DNA from: Terriglobales bacterium
GTDB taxonomy: Bacteria; Acidobacteriota; Terriglobia; Terriglobales; Acidobacteriaceae
Reading direction: 5' to 3'
Assembly: GCA_050746185.1 (NCBI GenBank)
Contig: JBOGLA010000005.1
Coordinates: forward strand, 111,210-143,209
DNA: 32,000 bases
Part shown: positions 31,004 through 32,000 of the stretch, in pieces
Numbering within the stretch: position 1 is the stretch's first letter
How the letters are laid out: each line of letters starts with the position of its first letter
Made by a program: the position numbers and the translations under genes
The notes under the pieces: model-generated
Databases searched by the model: none
Seen by the model: the letters and a program-made list of their open reading frames with translations, nothing else
Told to the model about the DNA's origin: nothing

Positions 31004-32000
31004 CTACCGCGCCGGCCGCACAAAATAGGAACATTCACGCAAATTCGATGGGGCGTCGGCGGTCTCTCGGGTAGTGACAATAATGTTGTATTCGCCGGAA
31101 AGCTCCAGACTTTCGAAAATAGATGCCGCGCGGGCGGCCTCGACCGTAGCCAGAACCTTCAAGAAAGCGTGCACATCAGTTCCCCGGTAGCCTTGCGTAA
31201 GATAGGACATTCCAATGTTCTGCCCGGAAAAATGCCAGGCGAGTGACGCTGCTTTGGCCACCATCTCTTCGTACTTCTTGTGTGAAAGACTGCCGGGAAC
31301 CGGATTGTCGAAAATGATCCGCAATCTCCGGTTGTCCTCGCGGCTGAACTCCCGCACTTTCAGCGCGTCGGTTTTCGCGGTTGCTTTCCAATCAATGTGC
31401 CGCGCTGAATCTCCGGGCATGTATTCGCGAAGCCGGTAAAAATCGTTTCCTCCGCCGCGCACGAATGTTTCAAACTCGCCTGCGATCGAGGAAAATAATT
31501 CAATCTCGTCACTCGCGCCCCGCACCGACGGATAAACCAAAATCTCCCGCACGAGGGGAACATGGCGGGTCTTGGTAAGAAAAGCGAAAGGAAAGCCGCT
31601 GGCCAGCCCAAGCCTTTCTTCCTTATAGTGGCCGCGACGAGCGAAGCTGAAATCAAGGGCCGCTCTCAGGACGTCGCGGGGCGGAATATAAGGAAAGTAT
31701 GTGGTCCCGGAAAAGATAGAACTCGCCTTGGCGGCACGGGCGACCCGCTGGAGCTTGCGATCCGGCAATCTCAGCCACTGCTCCTGCGGAGGCCGCGCTG
31801 GAGGGAATGCAAAGGTTGTAGCCTTCCATTGCCATTGTTTTTTCTTGCCACTGTTCAGTGGCACAACACTGACGGAGAAGCTTGGCAGCCACCGTCTCGG
31901 GTTCCGTAAGGTCAAGTGTCCCTGTGTCGTCTCGCCGGCGAAGACGTGTTCCGGTACCCGGACGTCCAGTTCCAAGTCCCGCAAAACGATCGCCGAGACC
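31004..32000 (-). CDS. DUF58 domain-containing protein (5' end probably outside the window)
   Basis: FYRLREYMPGDSARHIDWKATAKTDALKVREF is the DUF58 signature (the family usually sits in MoxR/Bat-type clusters). The frame stays open from the listed TTG (31984) to the window edge. Confidence 0.8.
   Translation of the reverse strand, partial: VSAIVLRDLELDVRVPEHVFAGETTQGHLTLRNPRRWLPSFSVSVVPLNSGKKKQWQWKATTFAFPPARPPQEQWLRLPDRKLQRVARAAKASSIFSGTTYFPYIPPRDVLRAALDFSFARRGHYKEERLGLASGFPFAFLTKTRHVPLVREILVYPSVRGASDEIELFSSIAGEFETFVRGGGNDFYRLREYMPGDSARHIDWKATAKTDALKVREFSREDNRRLRIIFDNPVPGSLSHKKYEEMVAKAASLAWHFSGQNIGMSYLTQGYRGTDVHAFLKVLATVEAARAASIFESLELSGEYNIIVTTRETADAPSNLRECSYFVRPAR

Noticed and set aside
1-32000. 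Searched for a defence island, prophage, integrase/transposase, toxin-antitoxin pair, CRISPR array, tRNA or rRNA
   Set aside because: I saw no nuclease/ATPase/helicase-type defence genes, phage structural genes, intact recombinase, spacer-interrupted repeat or tRNA-like T-arm (GGTTCGAATCC type). The window is dominated by housekeeping genes. The only mobile-element trace is the decayed RAYT/REP region at 6050-6638.

Overview
Moderately GC-rich bacterial chromosomal segment. Gene content and intergenic hairpin-repeat families look most like an Acidobacteriota (Terriglobia-type) genome; this is inference only, with no marker gene in the window. I support about 30 protein genes, mostly core functions. 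In order: the 3' end of a TolC/HlyD efflux operon followed by a cytidylate-kinase-like gene, an SSF transporter, DedA, endonuclease III, a fused LptF/LptG permease, and an 880-aa orphan multidomain protein. Then a stand-alone atpI-like/atpB/atpE F0 cluster, dinB, a SAM methyltransferase, glgA, rsmA, AmmeMemoRadiSam protein B, and a CadC-like wHTH/TPR regulator with neighbouring secreted proteins and a FecR-domain protein. Finally pdxT, pcaB plus a fused pcaL, an aldehyde dehydrogenase, gluconokinase, MscS and a truncated DUF58 gene. I found no rRNA, tRNA, CRISPR array, intact mobile element, prophage or recognisable defence system. Six items deserve a second look. (1) The 880-aa protein has HEAT-like repeats and a C-terminal PilZ-like c-di-GMP motif, and its protein-like reading frame continues about 200 nt upstream of any canonical start codon. 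(2) The 590-nt nth/lptFG spacer is packed with REP-type hairpins and two short relics of an IS200/RAYT-like transposase. (3) A 30-nt hairpin element occurs at two gene ends and has been absorbed into predicted ORF termini. (4) A 16-nt x4 tandem repeat duplicates the pdxT start codon and creates nested mini-ORFs. (5) The LptF and LptG modules are fused in one ORF. (6) The ATP synthase c subunit has a signal-peptide-like extension and a partial Na+-type ligand signature. All functional calls come from reading the translations; no database search was run.
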